From assembly GCF_018350175.1 (NCBI RefSeq), contig NC_058368.1, forward strand, positions 172,052,001-172,116,000: a DNA stretch of 64,000 nucleotides. Direction: 5' to 3'. The stretch is from Felis catus (lineage: Eukaryota). Positions 15,201-29,460 of this stretch are shown here, one piece after another (positions within the stretch are counted from its first letter, which is position 1; every line of letters starts with the position of its first letter). The notes under the pieces were generated by a model. The model was not told the origin of the DNA. It made no database searches and worked only from the letters and a program-made list of their open reading frames with translations. The position numbers and the translations under genes were made by a program.

Positions 15201-15691
15201 CGAGTCTGATACTAAAATATGCCTCAAGGTGCTTTCACATTCCTGCGTAGTAGCTGAGGGTTCCAGACCAAGACTGGCCCCTGTGTGAACTTCAGAAACA
15301 TATTCTACCTCTCTGTGCCTGGATCATTTGAAAACTAAAGGAATTAGGGGCACCTAGGTAGCTCAGTTCATTAGGCATCAGACTCTTGATCTCAGCTCGG
15401 GTCTTGATCTCAGAGTCATGAGTTCAAAGCCTTATGCTGGGGGTTAAAAAAAAAAAAAGAAAGAAAAGAAAAGAAAACCAAAGGAATTAGATTACATGCT
15501 TGATCTCTAAGGCCCAACTCTGATAGTCCCAGGAAGGTGGTAGCCTGATCTTTATGAAAAAATGAAATAAAAATAAAAGTTAATAGACATTTTTGTGGAA
15601 TTTTTTTTAAGTTGCTGAGTAGGATAGAAAGCAAACTCTCCTCCTTTCCTTTCTCTGCAGGACAAAAGCAAAAATAGAAAATAAAGTCATT

Positions 15692-15910
15692 AGGGGCGCC
15701 TGGGTTGCTCAGTCGGTTGAGCGTCCGACTTCGGCTCGGGTCACGATCTCGCGGTCCGTGAGTTTGAGCCCCGCGTCGGGCTCTGTGCTGACAGCTCAGA
15801 GCCTGGACCCTGTTTCAGATTCTGTGTCTCCCTCTCTCTTTGCCCCTGCCCCACTCACTCTCTGTCTCCCTCTGTCTCAAAAATAAACGTTAAAAAAAAT
15901 TTTTTTTTAA
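15692..15910 (+). mobile_element. SINEC_Fc-type CanSINE
   Basis: ggggcgcctgggttgctcagtcggtt head, CpG-rich. TSD aaagtcatta. Confidence 0.9.
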
Positions 15911-18754
15911 GAGGAAAGAAAGTCATTAGACTTTCCCTCATAATTCCATTTGAACAAACAAGCAGGGACAAGACTAGCACCCACTCGAGGACCCCCGGTG
16001 AGGGCTACCTTAGGTCTCTGGCAACAGACTCTGCATGTGAGGGTGCAGCATAGCACACGCTCATAGGGCATCTTTCAGAAAGACTCTTATTTGTGCAATG
16101 CCACTAAAAGCAGGGCTGTACTGGGGCACCCGGGTGGCTCAGTCTGTTAAACATCCAACTCTTGATTTTGGCTCAGGTCATGATCTCTTGGTCATGAGAT
16201 CAAGCTCTGCATCAGGCTCTGTGCTAGGCATGGAGCTTCTTTAAGATTCCCCTGCCCCCCTACTCTCCTTCTCCCTCCCTTCCTCCCTCTGCCCTCTCGC
16301 CAAACAAAAGCAAGGCTGCACCAGAAACAAAAGGCCATATATTACAGGATTCCATTTATATGAAAAGTCCAGAACAAGCAGATCCATAGAGACAGAAAAT
16401 TGTAAGTGGTTTCTGGAGACTGGGGCATAGGAGAAATAGGGTGTGAATGCTAATGGATCCAGTTTCTTTTTGAGGGTGATGAAAATGTCTTGGAATTAGA
16501 TAGCAGTGATGATTGCACAACTTTATGAGTATACTAAACACTGAATTGTACACTTTAAAAAGGCTGCATGTGAATTATATCTTGGCAAAAAAATGGGCAG
16601 CATGGGGGTGGGTCTACCTTAATAACAGAGTTCCTACAATGCAATGGTCTGCCTTCTCTTCTAAGGAATAGAGTGAATAAAGAGATGACAGCAATTCTGT
16701 CAATAGCTCTTGACAATGAGAAGGCTGGAATTAGATTTCAAAGTGCCTGTACAGTGTGGCCAAAAAGTCTGGAAACATACGGAAATGATGTACACAGAAA
16801 ATAAGAGTAACCAGTAGGGGGGGGCGCCTGGATGGCTCAGCCGGTTGAGTGTCCAACTTTGGCTCAGGTCATGGTCTCGCAGTTGGTGGGTTTGAGCCCC
16901 ACGTCGGGCTCTGTGCTGACAAACAGCTTGGAGCCTGGGGCCTGCTTCGGATTCTTTATCTCTCTCTCTCTTTCCTCCTCCCCTGCTCATGCTCTGCCAC
17001 TCTCTGTATCTCAAAAATAAACGTTAAAAAAAATTTTTTTTCAAGAGTAACCAGTAGGAAGGGGGTACCTCATAAGGCACTAACTGCCCCTCCAGGAGCC
17101 AGGCCTCCAGCTGTCTGTGTTCCAACATGCCACAACCTCACCTGAAGCCAGGTAATGCCAGGGTCCCACCCACAACTTTCCCAAGGTGGTAAGTCACAGG
17201 ATAAGCAATGAAGCCATATGAGCTTTTCCAAATTTTATTTCTGTGCCCTGCAGCCTCTAAGCCCAGTGCTGACCATTACATACAATCTGTGGGCCTCCCT
17301 ATGATGGAGGGAGAAGAGAGGAAATAGCGGAAGCAAAAGCTGAAGGTGAGAAAGGCTGAGACTGGCAAGAGTTTTGCAGGATGGCTAATTCCTTCCAGAG
17401 ATCACAGTAGCCAAAATGACCTTAAAATGTAAATCATATCATGTCACCCCCTAAATTTTTTTATGTTTCTTTCTTTATTTTGAGAGCGAGCATAAGCAGG
17501 GGATAAGCAGAGAGGAGTGACAGAATCCCAAGCAGACTCCACACCATTAGCACAGAGCCTGATGCGGTGCTCAAACTCACAAACTGCGAGGTCATTACCC
17601 GAGCAGAGATCAAGAGTTGGAAGCTTAACTGACTGAGCCACCCAGGTATCCCTCATGTCACCCCCTATTTAAAACCCATCCAAGGCAATCAGAAAACCTG
17701 CCAACTCCCTACAAACTACCAGGAATAAAAACTACACTTATTAACCGGCCACCAGCCTTGCCTGATGGCACCTGCACCTCTGGGTCGATCTCACCTTTCT
17801 TCCGGCTCAGAGCTTCCAAGGCGCCGTTCCTGGCACATGCTGCTCCCTCGGCCTGGCTCTGCTCTTGGCTGGCCTGGCACTTTCTCATTCCTCAAGCCTT
17901 AACTCAGATGGTATCTCACATAAATACGGAAAGGGGGTCCTTCCCGCAATCCCCTACCCCAGCTCCCTGTCAATTTTCTTCACAGGGCTTACTTACCACA
18001 CTGTGTCACTACTTTATTTATTGTAGTGCATGTAGGTAGACCGTTCATTCAAAGAGAATGGAGAGTATGTTGACCTCAGCCCATCGTGTATCTCAAGTGT
18101 TGCCACAGTGCCTGGCATGTGGCTGGATTTGACTTTTGCTAAATAGATGAACCCATATTGTTTAGAATAACTCTGGCTGGGGAGCACAGGGAGAATTATA
18201 AGAGGCAAGGAGAACTATTAAAGGGAAAGGGATCACAGATCACATTTTTTTAAATAATTGTTTTAAGTTTATTTTGAGAGAGACAGAGCATGAGCTGGGG
18301 AGGAGCAGAAAGAGAGGGAGACAGAGAATCCCAAGCAGGCTCTTCAGGGTCAGCACAGAGCCCAACATGGGGCTCAAACTCACGAAACTATGAGAGCATG
18401 ACCTGAGCCAAAATCAAGAGTAGGAAGCTTAACCGACTGAGCCACCCAGGTGCCCCACATTTTAACTAACACTGATTTGGGTGCCACCAATAACACCATT
18501 TTCAAGGGGTTTCTGGCAATTACACAATTACACTGGTTAAGCGATGAACAAACTTGATTAGACTAATGTTTAACATTGACTGCCTGAATTTTACTCACAG
18601 GGGGGTCTGTGTGCTTCGTACTATGCACACAGTTCCACATCACCTTGACAAAGCAGAGGCCAGGTGGGGCCCAGGGTCAGCAGGCCATTTTTCTCTCCCT
18701 TGTACCCCATTTTCAAGTGTAACAAGCACAGATTGCTGCTGCTGTACATCACAC

Positions 18755-18942
18755 GTTCTCAACATTGGCTGACATTAGAATCCTTTACAAATTGTAAAAG
18801 ACCAACGAGCCTGAATCCCCCAAACCCAGGCTGCATCCCAGGCCAATTACACCAGAATCTCTGGAGGTTGGGACTAGGCCTCAGCACTTCTGAAGGCTCC
18901 TCAGATAACTCCAATGGGCATCTAAGGCTGAGAACCATTGTT
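18755..18942. mobile_element. MER5-like hAT DNA transposon relic
   Basis: ttctcaacattggctgacattagaatc...cagaatctctggagg...ggctgagaaccattg. A similar relic lies at about 6511-6680. Confidence 0.65.
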
Positions 18943-21626
18943 TTAGAGAAAAGTCCAAATACCCACAGAGAGCAATCGTCACTTAATTTCCTTATGGTCA
19001 GAGAATCTTATCTTTATTTTATAGGTAAAAGAGTTGCGTCTACAAAAAGGAAGCAACCTATGAATAAATACCACTCTAGAGATGCTCATTATTTCCCGAA
19101 TTTTTGCTTAAATCATGAAATTCCCTTTATTAGATTTTTAGCACTTTTCCAACCCCTAGTAAGGTATACTACAAATGTCACTTTACCTCAGAATATTCAA
19201 ATAGAAAGGAAAGTATACTCAGTGAATAGAATTAATTCTAAAATATCTAAAACCCACCCACCTGGCCCACTCAGAAATATGACTGTCTCTATCATTTCAC
19301 AGAATTATGAGCAATAGACAAGAGCATTTGGCTTCTTGGAGGTAAAAAGAGCCAATACTATTCAGCTGACTATGCAGAAAATGAATAAATGACTACAAAC
19401 AAATGATTAAAAAAAGAAAAACCTGAAATTGACTTGCTTTAAAATATGACTGAAAATGAGGTTCCTGCTGGAATTAATCCACTTCAGGTCAAGGAGAAAC
19501 ATACTTGAATTCTGTCTGCACCTTTAGTCATGTAGAGTACCGCACATATCTGAATATACATAGCCCACCTAGAAACAGATTTTTACTTGACTAAAGCCCA
19601 CACCAGTGATCTCATCACATCAACAGAGAAGGTTATGTTTCTCACAGGATTATGTACCAAATGGTACTGGTGTGGAAAATTTTTTTATCCTTCAGTATTT
19701 CCAAAAATCTGTATTCCTTGCTAGTTCAAAATAATTCAAGTAGCTAGACAGTTACTAAAATGCCACCCAAGATTTGTTCAAAATATAATCAATAACCTCT
19801 GAACTACAAACCTGAAAAATGCTTCAAACTCTTTTTTATTAAAGAAACTCTTGGGGCACATGGGCGGCTTAGTCCATTGAGCATCTGACTCTTGATTTCA
19901 GCTTTGGTCATAATCTCATGGGTTTGTGAGTTCGAGCCCCACATCAGGTTCTGCACTGATGGTGTGGAGCCTGCTTAGAATTCTGTCTCTCCTTCTCTCT
20001 GCCCCTCCCCCACTTGTCTCTCTCTCTCTCTCTCAAAATAAATAAACATTGAAAAAAATTTTAAAAAAACTCTTGCAAGTAAAATACACAATCAGAAGGA
20101 ACGTACATTTATGTTATTTTGTCTGTTATCATAGACATGTGGTGCAAGCCTTTTTTTTAAGTTTATTTATTTAGAGAGAAACAGTGTGCATAAGCAGGGT
20201 AGGGGCAGAGAGGGAATCCTAAGCAGGCTTTGCAAGGTCAGTATAGAGCCCAACGCTGGGCTGGATCTCAAAAAGCCATGAGATCATGACTTGAGCCAAA
20301 ATCAAGACAGAAGCTTAACCGACTGAGGTACCAAGGTGCCCACAAGCCATTTTTATAATCAGTGTTGCCTACAAACTTTCTATATACACCTACACCATAT
20401 TCTCAGTAGATTACATTTTTGGAAAACTTTTATTCTTATACTTTTTCTCACTGATCTGAAAGTCAAACCAGTTTTCCTGGTCTGCCCTTCACAATCTTTT
20501 GGTATACATATGCAACCTCAATGGTGCTTTAGCAGGTAATACCGGATAAGGGTAAACGCTTTTCTCAACATGACAACAGGACCTCCAAATTCATAAGCAG
20601 TAGTATCCTAATATGGCCAGACTTCACGGAGTGCTACTAAGGATATGCACCCAACTAATACAGCAACTACTTATGTCACTTCAATTTAATTGTTCAAACC
20701 AGAACTAACTTCTAAAACATGTTTCCTTCTTTCTAGTCATATATTAAATTCTAGCCTGCCCTGTAATAGAGCCGAGATGTAATAAATGTGTTTATCTGTG
20801 TCTTAGCCTCCCAGCCTAAATGTTTTCCTTTATCTCTATAGGCGAGAAAAGTTGCAGAGACCAATTCAATGAAAGCAAAACCCACCAGCTTTCTCGGGTA
20901 GTGGTGTAGAGTAAAACAATTCATTTGTGGGGAAGAATTCCTATTTGAATGAATGAAAAAATAAAATTGTAGATAGAATATTTTCAAAATAAACATTGTA
21001 GGGTGAACACCTCAAGTAGTAATAAATTCAGATACATTTTAAAGCTTAATTATATAAATGAGTCATTTCTACAACCAAGGATCTATATTAGGAATGCATT
21101 TTATAAGGTTGTTTTTATTTTTATCCTAGGGTGTTTTCCATTTGCCTGTAAGAAGTAGCCAGTCTTTTCAAAATCATGAAAGCAAAAGTCTCCCCAGTTT
21201 CTGCATTAACATTAATTCTGAATTAGGGAAGTCCCATTTGATGGGGTTTTACTGTCTGTGCACATACATATAAGGAGAAATATCCATTTAAATAATTGTT
21301 AAGGAGAAGGAATCAGCTTTCTGTACCCAGTTAAGATCTCCCCACCAGTTAAGGCAGGACGACTTTGTTGTAGCGCTTTCCATTTGTGCATCCATCAGAA
21401 GGCACCCACCCTGCCAACATAATCTGATGAAATAAGCATTTCGGCTAGTCATCAGGAGATCAGGCATCAAGTTAAGTCTCTAAAATGTGTAACCTTAAGC
21501 AGTTACTACCTTCTGGTGCACTGACCGCTCTCCCAGGAAAATGCGGATGTGTTAGTAACTAGGGCAGCCCTGGATGGGGGATGGGGAGGGAAGAGGAGGA
21601 AAGGAGGGTTGAGGGGGAGCCACTTA

Positions 21627-22900
<1,274 letters not shown>

Positions 22901-23950
22901 ATCCGATGAGTGCAAAAGCAGGTGGAAAGGGAGAGGCAGGTGCCCTTGTTGCCCCCACCCTCAGTGTAGTGGGACTGGTCTGATGTGCCTGTACTACTGT
23001 GCTAACCCTACTAAGGCATTTGAAATCTAAAAATTGAAATGTACGACCACCCTGAAAGAACTCCTGTCGGAGACATGCTTTTTCCCCCAATGCCAGAACT
23101 CAGCATAGTTTTTCTCAATAGCCTTTTTGGAAAGACTCTTGAAGAGACTTAAAACACCCTCCCCTGGGGGACACCCTTTCCAAGAAAGGACTGCACTATT
23201 TAAACCTTTTTGTGGTGGACTTGAATTTGATTAATGTCTGATATCCTGGAAACGTTTCCATCCCCACTGCCCTACCCCCTGTCCAAGGGGAGACAGTAGT
23301 CTGCAGTTGCCTACAAGCAAAATACTGTGAGAAGGTAGTTCCAAGATTTAGGGCAGGGCCTCACTTTGCGGCCTTCAGGATGTCCAGCTCCTGCTCTTCC
23401 TCCACCTGAACTTTGGCTCTTGTTATGTCTCACCATATTATTTCAGGAAACTCCTTTTGAAATTATTCTTTCTGACTCCTATGATCTGCACACTGGGATA
23501 GAGCTTTCATCATTGCTTATTAAGCTTCAAAACTCCTAGTTACTTACAAACGAGAGACTACGGTGCCTGAGTACCTAGCACTCACTGACTCTGCACACAA
23601 ACTGCCCCCCAGCGTTTCCTCTTTGTCCAACACAACCCCTCTGCTCTTTCAGATTGACTTAGCTACAGCACTGCCTTCCATTTCTGGGGGAAAAAAAAAA
23701 GCTATCTTGCCCACTCCTGGGTTTTTCCTTTGCTTTTACTCTAATTCTACTTCCTCTTTTCTTCCCTAGAAATTCTTAGCTCAATTCTCTCAGTGCTCCC
23801 GCCACCATCCAGTCACATCAGTGAACAAAATTAAACCAAATAAAAAATTAATGGGATTATTGTGATAGCCTCCCAAATGAACTGTCCATTTCTGTCTTTC
23901 CACCTGCAGTCAATTCTCAATGTGTCAGCCAGTTGGACCTTTAAAAAAAA

Positions 23951-24000
23951 ATTTTTTTTTAAGTTTATTATTTTCAGAGAGACAGCATGAGTGGGACAGG

Positions 24001-24051
<51 letters not shown>

Positions 24052-24435
24052 ATCCCAAGCAGGTTCCATGCCACAAGCACAGAGCTGGATCCAGGACTCA
24101 ATCCCACCATGAGATCATTACCTGAGCAGAAACCAAGAGTCAGTCACTTAACCGACTGAGCCACCCAGATGCCCTGCCAGTTGGATCTTTTTAAAATGTG
24201 GGTTAAGGGGCGCCTGGGTGGCTCAGTCGGTTAAGCGTCCGACTTCAGCCAGGTCACGATCTCGCGGTCCGTGAGTTCGAGCCCCGCGTCGGGCTCTGGG
24301 CTGATGGCTCGGAGCCTGGAGCCTGTTTCCGATTCTGTGTCTCCCTCTCTCTCTCTGCCCCTCGCCCGTTCATGCTCTGTCTCTCTCTGTCCCAAAAATA
24401 AATAAACGTTGAAAAAAAAATTAAAAAAAAAATAA
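23951..24435. mobile_element. Head-to-head CanSINE pair: minus copy about 23951-24175 and young plus copy about 24207-24435
   Basis: Each copy has its own TSD (gccagttgga-like; aaaatgtgggt). Confidence 0.9.
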
Positions 24436-24609
24436 AATGTGGGTCAAGTGTGTTCTTTTTTGCTCTGAACCCTCCAGGAGCTTTCCATCTGTCATAGGTG
24501 ATGTAATTCATCCTGCTGTCTTCTGATTTCATCTACTGCCTGCCTCCTTGCTGTGCCTCAAACAGGCTGAACGCATTCCTTCCTTAGGCCTTTCACCCTT
24601 CTTCTAGCT

Positions 24610-24810
24610 CCATGGTTCTGAACTAGGGGTGATTTTGCCCCACACAGGACATGTGGCAATGTCTGAAGACATCTTTGGTTATCAAACAGGTGGTCACAGC
24701 TGGGGAAGCCAGGGATACTGCTTACACATCCTACCATGTACAGGACAGCCTTCCCACAACAAGATTATCCAGGCCTCAATGTCAGTAGTACTGATATGGG
24801 GGAACCCTCC
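24610..24810. mobile_element. MER20-like hAT DNA transposon inside an L2
   Basis: ggttctgaactaggggtgattttgcccc...ggcaatgtctgaagacat...aatgtcagtagtactga...gaaccct. Confidence 0.75.
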
Positions 24811-25157
24811 CTTATCTGGTAAGCTCCAGGTAACCACTTAACTGTCTCTTCTCACTTTTCGGGTCTTTACTCCAATGGCACATCAGTGGGGCCTTCTCTG
24901 ATCCCAAATTGCAACCCCCAATGCTCTCTAGTCCCTGGCTTGCTTTTCTCCATAACAATTACTGTCTGACATTCCATATGTTGTACTTTTTAAAAAAACA
25001 TATTTTTAAATGTTACTGTATTTATTTAGTTCCAATATAGTTTTATTTATTTAATTCCAATACAGTTAACGGACAGTGTTATATTTGTTTCAGGTGTACA
25101 ATGTAGTGGTTCAACAATTCTATACATTACTCAGTGTTCATCAGGATAAGTGTACTC

Positions 25158-25382
25158 TTTTTTTTTTTTTTATTTTTTTTTTAACGTTTATTTATTTTTG
25201 AGACAGAGAGAGACAGAGCATGAACAGGGGAGGGTCAGAGAGAGGGAGACACAGAATCTGAAACAGGCTCCAGGCTCTGAGCTGTCAGCACAGAGCCCGA
25301 TGCGGGGCTCAAACTCACGGACCGCGAGATCATGACCTGAGCCGAAGTCGGCTGCTTAACCGACTGAGCCACCCAGGCGCCC
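25158..25382 (-). mobile_element. CanSINE inserted in the L1 3' UTR
   Basis: TSD caggataagtgtactct on both sides. Confidence 0.92.
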
Positions 25383-25608
25383 CAGGATAAGTGTACTCTT
25401 AATCCCTTTCACCTATTTCACCCAGCCCCCTGCCCCCCTCTCCTCTGCTAACTATCAGTTTGTTCTCTATAATTAAGAGTCTGTTCTTTTCCTTTGTTCA
25501 TTTGTTTCTTAAATTCCACATATGAGTGAAATCATACAGTATTTCTTTCTTTGTCTGGCTTACTTCATTTTACTCTGTGGATCCATACACGTTGTTGCAA
25601 ATGGCAAG

Positions 25609-25983
25609 TGTAGAGGTCACTTTTAGGCAACAGGCTTGAGCGGTGGAAACTTAAGCAAGGCAAAAGGGCCCACGGTGATCACCAGACTAATGCACACAGG
25701 CCCATTAAGCCATAGGCCCTAAGCAACCAATGGGCTGCTTACAACCAGGCACAGTTCCTAAGATACCAAAAAAGGGGAAATTCCATACATTGCCACACTC
25801 CCTTACTCCATCCTATAACTGTAGCCCCTCACCATCTTCTCATGACAGACAGCCTCTTCTTTGCTGTCCTGCCCGCTGCTCTTTGGCAATATATTAAGTC
25901 AACTTCTATCACCTTTATTGTGCTTTGGGTGAATTCTTTCACTGCCTGAGCCACCAGCCCCCACCCAGTGGGGAGGCCCCACA
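25609..25983. mobile_element. Solo ERV LTR (375 bp) inserted into the L1
   Basis: Starts TG and ends CA. 5-bp TSD gcaag at 25604-25608 and 25984-25988. Removing it restores the L1 sequence gttgttgcaaatggcaagatttc. Confidence 0.85.
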
Positions 25984-28318
25984 GCAAGATTTCCTTCATT
26001 TTTGTTGCTGATTTAATATTCCTTTGTATTTTATATATCTTTATCTTCTTTATCAGCGGACACTTGGGCCACTTCCAGAATTTGGCAATTGTAAATAATG
26101 TCGCAATAAATACAGGAGTGCATGTATCCCTTTGAAGTGGTGTTTTGTATTTGGGGGGCAAATACCCAGAATTATGATTATTGGATCATATGGTAATTCT
26201 ATTTTTAATTTTTTGAGGAACCCCCATACTGTTTTCCACAGTGGCTGCACCAGTTTGCGTTCCTACTGACAGGGCACAAGAGTTCCTTTTTCTCCTCATC
26301 CTTGCCAATGGTTATTGTTTCTTGTGTTATTTTTGCCATTCTGACAGGTGTGAGGTGGGTGATATCTCATTGTGGTTTTGATTTGCATTTCCCTGATGAG
26401 TGATGTTGACCATCTTTTCATGTGTCTTTTTGCATTTCTGTATGTCTTCTTTGGAGAAATGTCTCTTCCTATGTTCTGCCCATTTTTTCATTGGATTACT
26501 TGGTTTTTTGGTGTTGAGTTGTATAAATTCTTTTTTTATATTTTGGATATTAGCCCTTTATTGGGTATGTCATTTGCAAATATCTTCTCCCATTCTGTAG
26601 GTTGTCTTTTAGTTTTGTTGATTGTTTCCTTTGCTGTGCAGAAACTTTTTATTTTGATGTAGCCTGAATAGTTTATTTTTCCTTTTGTTTCCCTTGATTC
26701 AAGAGACATATATACATATCTAGAAAAATGTTGTTACAGCCAATGTCAGAGAAATTACTGCCTGGCTCTATTCTAGAATTTTTATGGTTTCATGTCTCAC
26801 ATTTTGGTATTTAATTCATTTTGAGTTTATTTTTGTGTATGGTGCAAGAAAGTGGTCCAGTTTCATTTTTTTGCATGTAGATGTCGACTTTTCCCAACAC
26901 CATTTGTTGAAGAGACTGTCTTTTCCCAATTAGATATTCTTGCCTCCTTTGTTAAAGATTAATTGACCATCTAAACGTGTGTTTATTTCTGGGCTTTCTA
27001 TTCTGTTCTGTTGATCTATGTGTCTATTTTTGTGCCAGTATCACGTTGTTTTAATTACTGCAGTTTTGTAGTATAACTTGAAATCTGGAATTATGATACC
27101 ACTTTTCCAAGATTGCTTTGGCTATTCGGGGTCTTTTGTGGTTCCATACAAATTTTAGGATTCTTTGTTCTAGTTCTGTGAAAAATGCTGTTGGTATTTT
27201 GATAGGGATTGCATTAAATCTGTAGATTGCTTTGGGTAGTGTGGACATTTTAACTATATTTGTTCTTCCAACCCATGAGCATGGAATGTCTTTCTGCTGT
27301 GCCATCTTCAATTTCTTTCATTAGTGTTTTATAGTTTTCAGAGTATAGTTCTTTGACCTCCTTGGTTAAGTTTATTCTTAGTTATAGTATTGTTTTTGGT
27401 ACAATTGTAAATGGAATTGTTTTCTTAATTTTACTTTCTGCTGCTTCAATGTTAGCATATAGAAATGTAATGAATTTCAAAAAAGAAATGTAATGAATCT
27501 CTATGCATTGATTTTGTATCCTGTGACATTACTGAACTCATTTATCAGTTCTAGTAGTTTTTTGGTGGAGTCTTAAGGGTTTTCTATATATGTTCTCATG
27601 TCATCTGAAACAGTAAAAGTTTTACTTCTTCCTTAACAATATGGATGCCTTTTATCCCATTTTCTTGTCTGACTGCTGTGGCTAGGACTTCCAGTACTAT
27701 GTTGAATAAAAGTGATCAGAGTGGACATCCTTGTCTTGTTCCTGATACTAGGGAAGAAGCTCTCAGTTTTTCATCACCGAGTTTGCTGTGGGTTTTTAAT
27801 ATGTGGCATTTATTATGTTGAGTTATGTTTCCTCTAAACTTATATAGTTGAGAGTTTTTATCAAGAATAGATGTTGTACTTTGTCAAATTTCTGAATTTG
27901 ACAGAATTTTCTGCATCTATTAAAATGATAATATGGTTTTTGTATTTTTTCTTATTGATGTGATGTATCATGGTGATTGATTAGCTAATATTGAACTATA
28001 CTCACATCCAGGGAACAAATCCCACTTGATCATGGTGAATAATTATTTTTAATGTATTGTTTGGATTCAGTTTATGTTGAGGATTTTTGCTTTAGAGATA
28101 TTGGCCTGTGTTCTTTATAGGTTCTACTTTTTAAACTGTTTTTCTTGGATGCCTGGGTGGCTTAGTTGTTGAGTGTATAACTGTTGATTTTGGCTCAGAT
28201 TGTGATCCCAGGGTCATGGGATCAAGCCCACTGTCACACTCTGCACCAAATGTGGAGCCTGCTTAAGATTCTTTTTCTGTCTCCCTCTGCCCCTCTTCCC
28301 CGCTTGGGCAAGCTCTCT

Positions 28319-28367
<49 letters not shown>

Positions 28368-28719
28368 AAATAAATAAATAAATAAATGGTTTTTCTTTTC
28401 CCATTACATTATGGGCTCCACCAACGTAGATGTTTTTGCCTATTTTGTTTACTTCTTTATCTCAAACACCTGGAATAATGCCTGGCACTTTATAGGTGTT
28501 CAGAAACAATATTTTGAATGAATGGATATCTAACATGCATTGTACTACCCAATAGTCTAAGTGCTACATGTACTAATTCCTTTAGTCCTCATGACAGCAT
28601 GAGGCAGATACTATCTGTTTTACCTTCATTTAAGGGAAGAAAATGAGGTATAGCAAAGTCTCATGAATGTCAGAGCTAGAATTCAGACCCAGACTCTTCC
28701 CCCTATATTATACTTCCAA

Positions 28720-29138
28720 TATGGGTTGAATTGCATCCTCCCCAAAAAAGATATGTTGGAATCATAACCTTCCGTACCTCAGAATATGATCTTATTTGGA
28801 GAAAGGGTGTTTACAAAGGCAATCAAGTTAAAATGAGGTGATTATGATGGGCTCTAATCGAATATGACTAGTGTCCTCGTAAAAAGGGAGAATTTGGACA
28901 CAGAGACAGACACAGACAGAGGGAGAGATGTGAGACACACAGAGAGAAGCCCTCTGTCTATATGCCAAGGAAAGAGGCCTAAAGCAGATCCTTCCCTCAC
29001 AGCTCTCAGAGGAAAGCAACCTTAGAGACATCTTGATCTTTAACTTCTGGCATCCAGAACTGTGAGACAATAAATTTATGCTATTTAAGCCAATCATTGT
29101 GTGGTACTTTGTTATAGCAGCCCTAGCAAACTATTATA
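28720..29138 (+). mobile_element. MaLR LTR (MLT1-type)
   Basis: atgggttgaattgcatcc...gatcttatttggaga...aataaattt...ttgtgtggtactttgttatagcagccctagcaaact is typical of the MLT1 consensus. Confidence 0.8.
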
Positions 29139-29419
29139 ACTGCCTACAAGAAGCGCCGAGTTTGGAACTTTTTAGCCAGTTGCAAGTTTGTATAATTTCC
29201 TACTAAATGATTGCAGTAATTATTACTTAAGTGGAAGTTGGGGTCATGTTTTTGAGTACTTCAAATGATTCACAATTTGATATCGTTAAGGTTCTTTAGC
29301 CAAGGAGCAAAATCCTTTTAAGTTATGTATTCAAATCAGCCTAGTTTTTTTTTTTTAAGTTTATTTATGTTGAGAGAAAGAGAGGGAGGGCAAGAGAAAG
29401 GGAGGGAGTGTGGGGAGGA

Positions 29420-29460
<41 letters not shown>

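Larger units (their letters stand above)
25000..28110 (-). mobile_element. 5'-truncated carnivore LINE-1 (ORF2 3' half plus 3' UTR), degenerate, interrupted by a SINE and a solo LTR
   Basis: Frame-broken ORF2 peptides such as [56 protein letters not shown] and [15 protein letters not shown]. Confidence 0.93.

Noticed and set aside
18664..19317. 217-aa plus-strand ORF
   Set aside because: Non-ATG start, runs through a MER5-like relic, antisense within an intron, and resembles no protein I recognise.
25829..27311. ORFs with L1 ORF2-like peptides
   Set aside because: Frameshifted fragments of a truncated L1, not a functional gene.
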